DNA of 34,435 bases from Promethearchaeota archaeon (lineage in GTDB: Archaea; Asgardarchaeota; Lokiarchaeia; Sigyniarchaeales; SOKP01): contig JAEOTZ010000013.1 in NCBI GenBank assembly GCA_016839585.1, positions 1 to 34,435 on the forward strand, in the 5' to 3' direction. Each line of letters begins with the position of its first letter. Position 1 is the first letter of the stretch. Positions 26,233 through 34,435 of this stretch are shown in pieces. The notes beneath the pieces are model-generated. The model worked only from the letters and a program-made list of their open reading frames with translations. It was not told where the DNA came from and ran no database searches. Position numbers and translations under genes: made by a program.

Positions 26233-27492
26233 TTGCAAGAAATGATTACTATTGGTCTTGATTATAGTCATAATAATATATTAACGCTTGAAGCTTCAAG
26301 TTATGCTGATTTCACCCAATTTTTATTTACTTCTGGTTTTAAATTAGGCAAAGTTGAAGCTGGTTTTGATTTATTAGCCAATTTTGAAAAATATGATGCT
26401 ATTATCCTCTCAACACCAAAAAATATAAATTTAAGACCGGTTGAAATTGATAATCTTGAAAATTACGTAAAAAATGGAGGTAGTCTTCTAATCTTTAGTT
26501 CAAGTGGTGGGGATTTTACAACTAAGACAAATTTGAATGAATTAACTCGAAAATTTGGGTTTGAGTTTGAATCAGATGAAGTTAATGATTCGATGAATTA
26601 TGTTTTTCTTCAAAAAAGACCGATTCTAACTAAATTCAAGCCACATTTCATAACTGAACAAGTTAAAAAAATTGTTTTTTCTAGCTCTTGTTCAACCAAA
26701 GCTCTAGATTTTATAGATGATGAAAAAAATATAAAAATTGAAGAATTAGTCAGATTAGGATTAAATGGCTGGCGTAAGAAGTATGATGGAGAGACATGGA
26801 TTGAAGAGGACAGTCCTAAATTACCATTAATGGTTGTTGTTGAATATTTTAAGGGAAAAGTTGTAGCTTTTGGTAATTCAAGCATATTTTCTTCTTTAGG
26901 ACAAGAATATGGATTTACTGCTTTTGATAATGATATATTAATCGCAAATATTATAAGATGGCTGGTGATGGAAGTAGAATCTAAAGGAAAAATAATTACC
27001 GTAGAATTAGATTTGGATTTATTCTATTGGGGTAAAGAAATTATAGAAAAGGATAATTGGAGTAATTTCTCAGATCTTATTAATGTTGGTCTTAAAAATT
27101 TCAAAGACAATTATAATGATATAATAGATAAAATTAAAAAGATGAAAAAAGAAAAATTAGAAAAAAGAAAAGCTTATGAAAAAGCGAGGGTGAGAGAGGA
27201 AATTACTGACGAAAAAATCCTTGAAAAAATACCTGAACCTGTTAGAAAACGAGAAGATCTCGAAGATATTATGAGCGCAATAGAGGAGATTACTGGAGAA
27301 ACATATGAACTTTCTATTGATTTTGAAGATGAACAAGAAGAAGAAGAGATGAGTTTGCCATCAGGATTAACCTATACCAATGATGATATTTTAGAATTTG
27401 AAAAAGGTTATCCTAAAAAAGCTATATGGCATGGAAAGGCAACAAAAACTTTTATAGAGTGGTTACAAAAAAAGTATGAGGATTCAAGTTAG
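26233..27492 (+). CDS. GIFT/DUF4350 (class I GATase-like) domain plus RHH-like segment, coiled coil and small C-terminal domain
   Basis: D.SH, YD.IIL..P, EI..L..YV..GG.LL, NLN.L...FG and GKVVAFG.SSIF...DN..L..NII.WL. Confidence 0.75.
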   Translation: MQEMITIGLDYSHNNILTLEASSYADFTQFLFTSGFKLGKVEAGFDLLANFEKYDAIILSTPKNINLRPVEIDNLENYVKNGGSLLIFSSSGGDFTTKTNLNELTRKFGFEFESDEVNDSMNYVFLQKRPILTKFKPHFITEQVKKIVFSSSCSTKALDFIDDEKNIKIEELVRLGLNGWRKKYDGETWIEEDSPKLPLMVVVEYFKGKVVAFGNSSIFSSLGQEYGFTAFDNDILIANIIRWLVMEVESKGKIITVELDLDLFYWGKEIIEKDNWSNFSDLINVGLKNFKDNYNDIIDKIKKMKKEKLEKRKAYEKARVREEITDEKILEKIPEPVRKREDLEDIMSAIEEITGETYELSIDFEDEQEEEEMSLPSGLTYTNDDILEFEKGYPKKAIWHGKATKTFIEWLQKKYEDSS

Positions 27493-27564
27493 GAGAAACT
27501 TTTTTCTACTATCATAAAATAGAAATAAAATGAAATATTTTCTTATTCAGGTACTTCTATTAAC

Positions 27565-28974
27565 TTGATTATGGATGACTTTTTATTCGTTTTAGGAAGT
27601 AATTGGCAATTATCGTTAGCGGAACTTGATAATTGTCTCAAAAATTCAGAATTTAAAGGGAGGATAAAAGATTATTCTGCGAATATCGCGATAGTAGAGT
27701 TTGATAATTTGGTAAAAGAGAAATATTATGTAAATAAATTAATGGAACTTCAATTTATGTTAGGTGGTTGCCAAAAAATTGGTAAAATCTATGAATTTAT
27801 CAATATCCACACAATTTTCAATGCATTTCCATACATTATAGAGAATTTCAAAGAAGTAGAGAAAGCCAGAATCATAATATTAAAGATCATTGATAAAGTT
27901 CTTATCGAAATTTTTCCTAAAATCCAAAATGAAAGTCTTTTTTATGCTGTCTCTATTTACCCAAATCTTTTTGACGATGAATATTATTCGAAGATTTTGG
28001 TGAAACATTTTCTACCTTTCTTAAATAAAGAAATCATGGAGATTTTAATACAAAAAGGGGCACAAAAAGCGCTATATTATCAATATCCTGAAAAATATTT
28101 AAAATCAGGAAATTTAAATCCAATATTCCCCCATGTTGTAATTAAATATGGTTTACTAAACAAAGACAGAGCAGAAATAATATTTGGTTTTACTGAAGAG
28201 GGGTTGTATATTGCAAGAACTTTCACAACAGATGATCCCAATTTTAAGAGAAAAATTGATGAGGAAAGACCTTTTAAGGAGTTTAAAAGTAGTATATCTC
28301 CAAAATTAGCACTAACGATGCTGAATTTTTTAAACTTATTTGAAAAGCGAAAATCTAAAAAAATTCTAGATCCATTTGTTGGCAATGGGACAGTTTTGTT
28401 GTTTGCTTTATTACAGGATTTTCAAGTATATGGATCTGATAATAACATAAAAAAAGTAGAAAATTCAATCCGAAATATTAATTGGTTGTTAGAAGAATTA
28501 GAAGAACCTATTCCCCTTCTATTAAATGAAAGGATTAAGAGAACAGATGTTGAAAATTTATCTGAATTTTTTGAACCTAACTTTTTCGATGGTATCTGTA
28601 CTGAGCCTACATTAGGTCCTTATTACCATAAACAACCTTATTATAATCGGGTAAAAGAATTAATAGAAACTGAATTAGAGCCATTATATAAAGTAACCTT
28701 TAGAGAAGCATATAAGATATTAAAACATAATAGTAGAATCTGCATCGTCGCACCAATTTTTAGTACTATGGATGGAGGAGATACTCAAATAAATATCAAT
28801 AAAATTGCTATAAATTATAAATTTAAATCAATACCAATGATAGATGCTAATAGAATAATTAATAAATCAAATCAAAAGTTACAATTTCGAAAGCAGAGTA
28901 TGAGAAATCTAATTGATGCTAAAAAAGATCAAGTTATTAAAAGAAAAATTTATGTTTTCGAAAAAAAAAAGTAA
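27565..28974 (+). CDS. Trm11/TrmG10-like SAM-dependent RNA methyltransferase
   Basis: LS.AEL N-terminus, D..RP, SISPKLA..M.N, ILDPFVGNGT, GSD and ICTEP.LG. Confidence 0.75.
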   Translation: MIMDDFLFVLGSNWQLSLAELDNCLKNSEFKGRIKDYSANIAIVEFDNLVKEKYYVNKLMELQFMLGGCQKIGKIYEFINIHTIFNAFPYIIENFKEVEKARIIILKIIDKVLIEIFPKIQNESLFYAVSIYPNLFDDEYYSKILVKHFLPFLNKEIMEILIQKGAQKALYYQYPEKYLKSGNLNPIFPHVVIKYGLLNKDRAEIIFGFTEEGLYIARTFTTDDPNFKRKIDEERPFKEFKSSISPKLALTMLNFLNLFEKRKSKKILDPFVGNGTVLLFALLQDFQVYGSDNNIKKVENSIRNINWLLEELEEPIPLLLNERIKRTDVENLSEFFEPNFFDGICTEPTLGPYYHKQPYYNRVKELIETELEPLYKVTFREAYKILKHNSRICIVAPIFSTMDGGDTQININKIAINYKFKSIPMIDANRIINKSNQKLQFRKQSMRNLIDAKKDQVIKRKIYVFEKKK

Positions 28975-28982
28975 TCCAAACA

Positions 28983-29657
28983 TTGATGTTAATGGAATAT
29001 TCAGAAATCTTAGATAAAGTTGAGACCGCCTTAGAAGGAGAAGCACATTTAGATGAACTATCCCGGAAAAGACAAGATCCATTTAAAATTTTAATTTCAA
29101 CAATACTTTCAGCCAGAACTAGAGATGCTAACACTAGGGAAGCAACTGAAACTTTATTTGCGAAATTCAATACCCCCAAAAAAATAGCAGAGGCTAATGT
29201 TGAGATACTTGAACAATTGATCTATAAATCAGGTTTTTATAAAGTTAAGGCTGCTAGAATTAAAGAAGTGTCTCAAGTTTTATTAGATAAATACAATGGA
29301 GAAGTTCCTGATAATTTTAATGAATTAATGAGCCTTCCCGGGGTTGGTGCGAAAACTGCCAATTGCGTGCTTGTTTACGCCTTTAAAATTCCTGCAATAC
29401 CTGTTGATACACACGTACATAGAATTAGTAATCGAATTGGTTGGGTTAATACCCAGAATCCAGAAAAAACAGAAAAGGCATTAAAAGATCTTATTCCTAA
29501 GAATCAATGGATCAGATTGAACCGTATCTTCGTTAAATTTGGGCAGGAAATCTGCTTACCTAATAACCCCAAACATGAAATCTGCCCAATAGAAGATATA
29601 TGCCCGAAAGATTTTTCAATGGAATTAGCATTAAAAAAAAAAAGAGAAAAAACATAA
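28983..29657 (+). CDS. nth: Endonuclease III
   Basis: PFKILISTILSARTRD, HhH LPGVGAKTA, IPVDTHVHRISNR.G and a C-terminal Fe-S loop. Confidence 0.95.
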   Translation: MMLMEYSEILDKVETALEGEAHLDELSRKRQDPFKILISTILSARTRDANTREATETLFAKFNTPKKIAEANVEILEQLIYKSGFYKVKAARIKEVSQVLLDKYNGEVPDNFNELMSLPGVGAKTANCVLVYAFKIPAIPVDTHVHRISNRIGWVNTQNPEKTEKALKDLIPKNQWIRLNRIFVKFGQEICLPNNPKHEICPIEDICPKDFSMELALKKKREKT

Positions 29658-29676
29658 AGATAAATTAATAAATAGA

Positions 29677-30138
29677 ATGGAAAAAAAGTATGATTCTTAT
29701 TGTGGATTATATTGTGGTGCTTGTGCAATCTTACTTTCGAATGAAAAAGGTGAAATTGAAAATGATGCTAAAAGTTGGAATATGAATGTTAAGGATGTTA
29801 GATGTTTTGGATGTAAAAGTAAAATAAATGCAATATATTGTAGAGATTGTGAATTTAAAACGTGTTGTGAATCCAAAAAAATTAATTTTTGCTTTCAATG
29901 TAATGAGTATCCTTGCTCAAAGCTTCTTGATTTCAAGAATGATAAATACTCACATCATTCCGTAGTATTAAAAAACCTTGAATTTATTCACCAAAAAGGT
30001 CTATTCAAATGGCTAAAAGATCAGGAAAAACGCTGGAAATGTGCTTCGTGTGGTACTAGGTTTACATGGTATGACGAGCTATGTGAAAAATGCGGTGAAA
30101 AACTATTTAATTGTGAAGCTGAAGAAAAAGAATTGTGA
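29677..30138 (+). CDS. Cys-rich DUF3795-like protein with a zinc-ribbon tail
   Basis: CGLYCGAC, C.GC, C..C...CC, FC.QC.EYPC and W.C..CG. Confidence 0.85.
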   Translation: MEKKYDSYCGLYCGACAILLSNEKGEIENDAKSWNMNVKDVRCFGCKSKINAIYCRDCEFKTCCESKKINFCFQCNEYPCSKLLDFKNDKYSHHSVVLKNLEFIHQKGLFKWLKDQEKRWKCASCGTRFTWYDELCEKCGEKLFNCEAEEKEL

Positions 30139-30154
30139 ATATAAATTTCTTTTT

Positions 30155-30736
30155 TTAGTAATGTTCTAAATCTTTACCCTTCTGCTTAAAAATATATCCT
30201 AATAATACTCCTCCAATTAATCCGAACAAGTGAGCCCACAAATTAATCCCTGGTGCTAATGAAGTGGCTATAAAAAATAAGATATAAATAAGTGCAAGAA
30301 AAAGAAGAGATCTATCCTCAGTTACAACCAGAACAAATGTTGCACCTATTAACCCAAAAATTGCTCCTGAGGCTCCTAAACTTATGCTATCTAAAGGCAA
30401 CAAAATTAAAGAAAAGAGATTTCCAATTAATCCTGAAAGAAAATAGATAAAGATATATTCAAATTTCGAATAAACTCGACTATTCTCAATTGTTGCACCG
30501 AATAATAGTAGGCCGATCATATTTGAGAATAAATGAATAATATCTATATGAAGAAATATTGGTGTGAAAATTCTCCAAATTTCATGGTCTTCAATGATAT
30601 TTCTGTTTATTTGAACAAGGAGAATAAAATCCTCCGTTTGAATTAGGTTGAAAGTTATATAGCAAAAAATATTAATAAAAATTAGAAGTAATGTAATTTT
30701 AGCGTCCTTTAAGGATTCTGCATCTAAGAAAATCAT
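30155..30736 (-). CDS. Rhomboid intramembrane serine protease
   Basis: WR, FLH...HL..NM, GASGA (catalytic Ser) and AHLFG (catalytic His). Confidence 0.95.
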   Translation of the reverse strand: MIFLDAESLKDAKITLLLIFINIFCYITFNLIQTEDFILLVQINRNIIEDHEIWRIFTPIFLHIDIIHLFSNMIGLLLFGATIENSRVYSKFEYIFIYFLSGLIGNLFSLILLPLDSISLGASGAIFGLIGATFVLVVTEDRSLLFLALIYILFFIATSLAPGINLWAHLFGLIGGVLLGYIFKQKGKDLEHY

Positions 30737-30822
30737 GATTATGATGTTATATAGAAAATCTTAAAAATAATTATAACAAAATATAATAATTTAAATTGAC
30801 ATTATATTTTTAGTATCAAAAG

Positions 30823-32025
30823 TTGATTAATTTGGACAAAAGCGTAAAAATAAATGAAAAGAAAAGAAGGTTATTGGATTCTTTAGTTAAAAATAAGTTT
30901 CTAAGAGATAAGAGACTCTATAAAGCTTTTTTAGAAGTTCCCTTAGAAAAATTCATTCCAAAGAAATTCATGCCATACGCTAAACTTTATTACGATGTTC
31001 CAAATGTTTTTTATTACGATGAGAGTAATCCAAAAAGTTATAGAACAATTTCTGCTCCCCATATGATTTCCATCATGCTTCAAGGTTTAGCATTGGAGCC
31101 TTCTGATGATCTATTGATATTAGGGGCTAAAAGTGGATATATTTCTGCTCTCGCACACAAATTAGCACCTAAAGGTGAAATTATTGTACTTGAAGCAAAT
31201 TCAGATATAGCAAAAGTTACTTCTGAAAACTTAGAAAGATTGAAATTAGATAACAACATAACAGTAATAGTAAAAAATCCACTTCATGGCATGCCCGAAT
31301 TAAGCCCATGGCAGAAAATCTTAGTAACTGGAGCAATAAAACAATCAAAAATACATCCCTTATTAAAACAACTCGATCCTAATGATGGTGTCTTATATGC
31401 ACCAATTGGAGAAGATTTTGTTCAATTCTATACTCAAATCTTAAGGATGAATGAAGAATTCTTTGGAAAAAGACAACTTCAGGTAAGATTTACCCCTTTA
31501 GTAACTCAATTAGAATTGAATGAATTAGAATTAATAACTGATTTTGACGAATTGGAAATTAAAGAAGATCATTCCAAAATTGATCAAACTGAAAGAATAG
31601 AAGTAAAATACGCTTCAAAAATTTTTGAGGAAGTACAATTACAACCAGCGCCTGAATTCAAACCAGTTGATATTAAACAGCGCGATAATGTAATATCTCA
31701 TTTAGAAGATATAGAAAAAAATGTTAAGAATTTGAAAAAAGAAGGAGACATTGAAAAATGCTTTAATTGTGTTGAAGATATCGAATCTAACTTGGAAATT
31801 CTTAAAAACTATAAAAAAACTTTTGAAATAAAACTAAAAAAAATGCAAAATATGTTGAATCAGATAAGATCATATAATATAGTAAGAAAAGAATTAGAGA
31901 ATAGAGAATTAGATGATTCATCAGTTATAGACAAAAAAATTGAAATTATAAATAAGCAAATTGCAGAAATTAATAATCTACATGAAATATTGAGATATGA
32001 AATTGAGAGAATTAGATCTCTTTAG
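30823..32025 (+). CDS. Protein-L-isoaspartate O-methyltransferase-like domain with a long C-terminal helical/coiled-coil extension
   Basis: AF..VP.E.F, TISAPHM, L.LG..SGY, PW.KI.VTGA, QL...G.L.APIG and V.F.PL. Confidence 0.8.
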   Translation: MINLDKSVKINEKKRRLLDSLVKNKFLRDKRLYKAFLEVPLEKFIPKKFMPYAKLYYDVPNVFYYDESNPKSYRTISAPHMISIMLQGLALEPSDDLLILGAKSGYISALAHKLAPKGEIIVLEANSDIAKVTSENLERLKLDNNITVIVKNPLHGMPELSPWQKILVTGAIKQSKIHPLLKQLDPNDGVLYAPIGEDFVQFYTQILRMNEEFFGKRQLQVRFTPLVTQLELNELELITDFDELEIKEDHSKIDQTERIEVKYASKIFEEVQLQPAPEFKPVDIKQRDNVISHLEDIEKNVKNLKKEGDIEKCFNCVEDIESNLEILKNYKKTFEIKLKKMQNMLNQIRSYNIVRKELENRELDDSSVIDKKIEIINKQIAEINNLHEILRYEIERIRSL

Positions 32026-32146
32026 ATTTTTTCTATGTTAATTTATTTTTAGTACTTTCTTTATAGGTTATAAATTATTATCATTACAATTCTTTAATCC
32101 AATAAAACATAAGTCCAACAGAAGAATAGAATACTAATTAAAAGGA

Positions 32147-32785
32147 CTAATTAACGTTTAAAAAGCCTACATATACTATTACAAGCGCAATAATTATTAA
32201 AAGAAGATTCATAGGAGTTGGAATAATTCGATTTGGTGTTTTCCTTTTATAGTCTTCATAGCTTTTGCCATACTTTGGAATCAAGACTAAATTTTCTTCA
32301 AGCATAGCATTAATTTCTAATATAATTAAAATTAAAAGACTTATTAATAAAGAAATAAATGAATCTGAGATTATGGCAGCTCCTATAAAAATAATACCCC
32401 ATGCTGAATATATAGGATGTCTTATTAGTTTAAAAATTCCATGAGTAATTAATTTAGAGCTAGTTTCATCTAATGCTTTAACCTTATATATTTTTCTTGC
32501 TCTTTTGGCAAAATTTATACCTATAATAATGAGTGTAATGCCAAATAAAGCGAAAAAGATCCAATACTGCTGAAAGTAACTAAAATTATTAGGGAACCAC
32601 AATATTAAAAAGCTTGAATTAATAATGGGTATTGGTACTATAGATAATGTCCATATTAGAGGAAATAATTTATAAAATACTTTAACTGATTTTCTTTCTT
32701 TATCCTTTACTTTTAGAAATAAGATCCAATAAAGCATAAGGTTGAAGATGAAAGTTATTATTAAAATAATCGTTATTAGGAGCAT
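32147..32785 (-). CDS. ICMT/PEMT family membrane methyltransferase
   Basis: LIT.GIF..IRHPIYS and EE..L...YG..YEDY.R.T..RIIP. Confidence 0.88.
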   Translation of the reverse strand: MLLITIILIITFIFNLMLYWILFLKVKDKERKSVKVFYKLFPLIWTLSIVPIPIINSSFLILWFPNNFSYFQQYWIFFALFGITLIIIGINFAKRARKIYKVKALDETSSKLITHGIFKLIRHPIYSAWGIIFIGAAIISDSFISLLISLLILIILEINAMLEENLVLIPKYGKSYEDYKRKTPNRIIPTPMNLLLIIIALVIVYVGFLNVN

Positions 32786-32859
32786 AGTGTTAATTAATGC
32801 AAAATTAAATTTATTTTAATGAATATCCATTCCGTTTTATAATTTCTGATATTGGTATA

Positions 32860-33942
32860 TCAATATTTCCCATATTTTTTAGCAGCACTTAGAAAGATTC
32901 TCAAATTTTTCAGTGGAATTTCTTTAAAAATTACAGTACTAGGACCTATGATGAAATGCCGATTTTCTTGTAAAGCGTTCATTAATCCTTTTACATGATC
33001 AACAATTTGTTCTTTAGTACCATAAGGAAGTATATAGCTGACATCACCAAAGCCAATAACGACAAAATCGGGAAAATTTTCATTAATAAAATATGGGTCT
33101 GCACCGCCTTCCCAACCTTGCAGACCTTGAAAACCTGCTTTTTGAAAAAGAGGGATTAATTCTGTAATATCACCATCAGTATGAATTTGAGGAATCATAC
33201 CTGCATCTAAAATAATAGATGTAATTTGTTTATAGCAAGAGGAAAAATCTTGATTCCAACGCTCCGGTGATATCATAGTTCTTCCTTTATATGCAACATC
33301 ATCTAAAATATTAACAACTTTTCCGCTCCCTCCAGTGGCTTCAATTAATCCTTTAATGTTAATTTCTGTAATCTCAGCATAAAACTTAATTAATTCTCTA
33401 TAAAGCCTTGTCCTTTTTTTAAAATTCTTGCTAAATAAAGTCATTCCCATACTTTTCCAAACTTTATCAAAAATACCATCAACGATTAACACTGGAAAAA
33501 TAATAGGTGATATCTTTTCATAATACTTGATTGCCTTTTTAATTTGTTCGCTTTTATCAACTCGCTTTAATGATGTGCGTAATTCTTCTAGTATTTCCAA
33601 ATTATGAATATATCCTCTTTGATAATAAGAAGATTTATGTATTACTTTTTGCCCATCTTCCCCTATTCTAATCTTTTTTCCTTTTCCATTATCAACCTTT
33701 ATCGATTTAATTTGGACGCTTGAAGGGAATGGGGCAAAAACAGAGTCAAATCCTAAAATTAGAGGTATAGTAAAATATAGAGAATTTAATGATTTTCCCC
33801 TATAGTTATTTGTCAACTCTTCCTTATGTTGGTTAATAAACTCCTCTCTTATATATTGGACATGTGTGGGGACTCTATCTAATTTATTTCTTCCTGAATC
33901 ATTATACACCGCAAGATAACGTGTACGAGCATTCATAATCAT
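32860..33942 (-). CDS. Uroporphyrinogen decarboxylase superfamily (URO-D/MtaA-like) protein
   Basis: R.R......DRVP, DDVAYK....ISPE, HTDGDI, G.V....L..GT.E.I and FIIGPS. Confidence 0.82.
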   Translation of the reverse strand: MIMNARTRYLAVYNDSGRNKLDRVPTHVQYIREEFINQHKEELTNNYRGKSLNSLYFTIPLILGFDSVFAPFPSSVQIKSIKVDNGKGKKIRIGEDGQKVIHKSSYYQRGYIHNLEILEELRTSLKRVDKSEQIKKAIKYYEKISPIIFPVLIVDGIFDKVWKSMGMTLFSKNFKKRTRLYRELIKFYAEITEINIKGLIEATGGSGKVVNILDDVAYKGRTMISPERWNQDFSSCYKQITSIILDAGMIPQIHTDGDITELIPLFQKAGFQGLQGWEGGADPYFINENFPDFVVIGFGDVSYILPYGTKEQIVDHVKGLMNALQENRHFIIGPSTVIFKEIPLKNLRIFLSAAKKYGKY

Positions 33943-33982
33943 GAATCAATGAAAATAAAATAAAGAATTTAAATAAAAAAAA

Positions 33983-34435
33983 TTAACTATACTTCTTTCT
34001 AAAATCTTCAAGTTTAGCTATAATCTCATCTCTAAGAGTTCCAACAATCATTTTTTCATGAGATTTTAATTCTTTAGCAAATTGCATAAATTGATGAAGA
34101 ACTGGCCCAGGAGGAAAATCATCTCTCATTTCTTCTATAAAATTACTAATATCATTCCCATTGACAGCCTGATCAAGCTTTTTAAAGATCTTTGAGAATA
34201 ACTCATAAACTTGCGCTCTTTTTTCTTTACTTAAGGTAGTTACAGCACCAGATACGATCTGACGGGGACTTAAAGCTTCTTCAGGAGACTCGCTTGTCGA
34301 TTCAGTTGCTTCTCTGCCTTGAACAATAACTTGAGGTTCATATCTAGGATAATCACCTGAACCAGAACAATTATAATTGATTATAATTGACTCATTTCCT
34401 TTTAATTCAGGAATTTTTACCTGCAATTCTGATTC
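33983..34435 (-). CDS. C-terminal part of a hypothetical protein (beta-rich end, S/T/E linker, helical tail); 5' end outside the window
   Basis: The frame is open through the window edge (ESELQVKIP...), so the track's TTG start is probably internal. Confidence 0.75.
   Translation of the reverse strand, partial: ESELQVKIPELKGNESIIINYNCSGSGDYPRYEPQVIVQGREATESTSESPEEALSPRQIVSGAVTTLSKEKRAQVYELFSKIFKKLDQAVNGNDISNFIEEMRDDFPPGPVLHQFMQFAKELKSHEKMIVGTLRDEIIAKLEDFRKKYS

Noticed and set aside
1180-29728. Antisense or overlapping ORFs in the track (e.g. 1352-1756, 4937-5308, 15327-15668, 18069-18320, 24056-24493, 28080-28385)
   Set aside because: They are shadows of well-supported genes on the opposite strand and carry no motifs.
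1-34435. CRISPR arrays, tRNA/rRNA genes, IS elements, prophage
   Set aside because: No spaced repeats, structured GC-rich RNA-like blocks, or transposase, integrase or viral hallmark ORFs were seen by eye.

Overview
AT-rich (roughly 30% GC by eye), gene-dense chromosomal window with no recognisable rRNA, tRNA, CRISPR array, integrase or transposase. The gene content suggests an Asgard archaeon of Lokiarchaeia/Promethearchaeota type (inference). It includes an archaeal NusA-like KH protein, Taw2- and Trm11-type tRNA enzymes, two Ras/Rab-fold proteins, stand-alone 7TM proteins and GGTGA-type SD sites. Metabolic genes lean towards acyl-CoA and lipid handling: a dehydratase/activase operon with a degenerate acyltransferase, a C45 Ntn-hydrolase, a FixC/GGR-like flavoprotein with ferredoxin, an acyl-CoA ligase, a LURP/scramblase-like protein and an ICMT/PEMT-family methyltransferase. 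The most interesting stretch is about 7.0-15.2 kb. It holds a membrane-anchored, motif-degenerate Rab-like GTPase ending in Cys-x-x-x, a C2-domain-like protein that appears to start at an ATT codon missed by the ORF track, two stand-alone 7TM proteins and a second pseudo-GTPase. Reading the intergenic DNA revealed unannotated relics: a diverged duplicate of the C45 3' end, an nfnA/sudB 5' stub and a probable decayed HNH gene. All family calls are from motif recognition only; no database searches were run.
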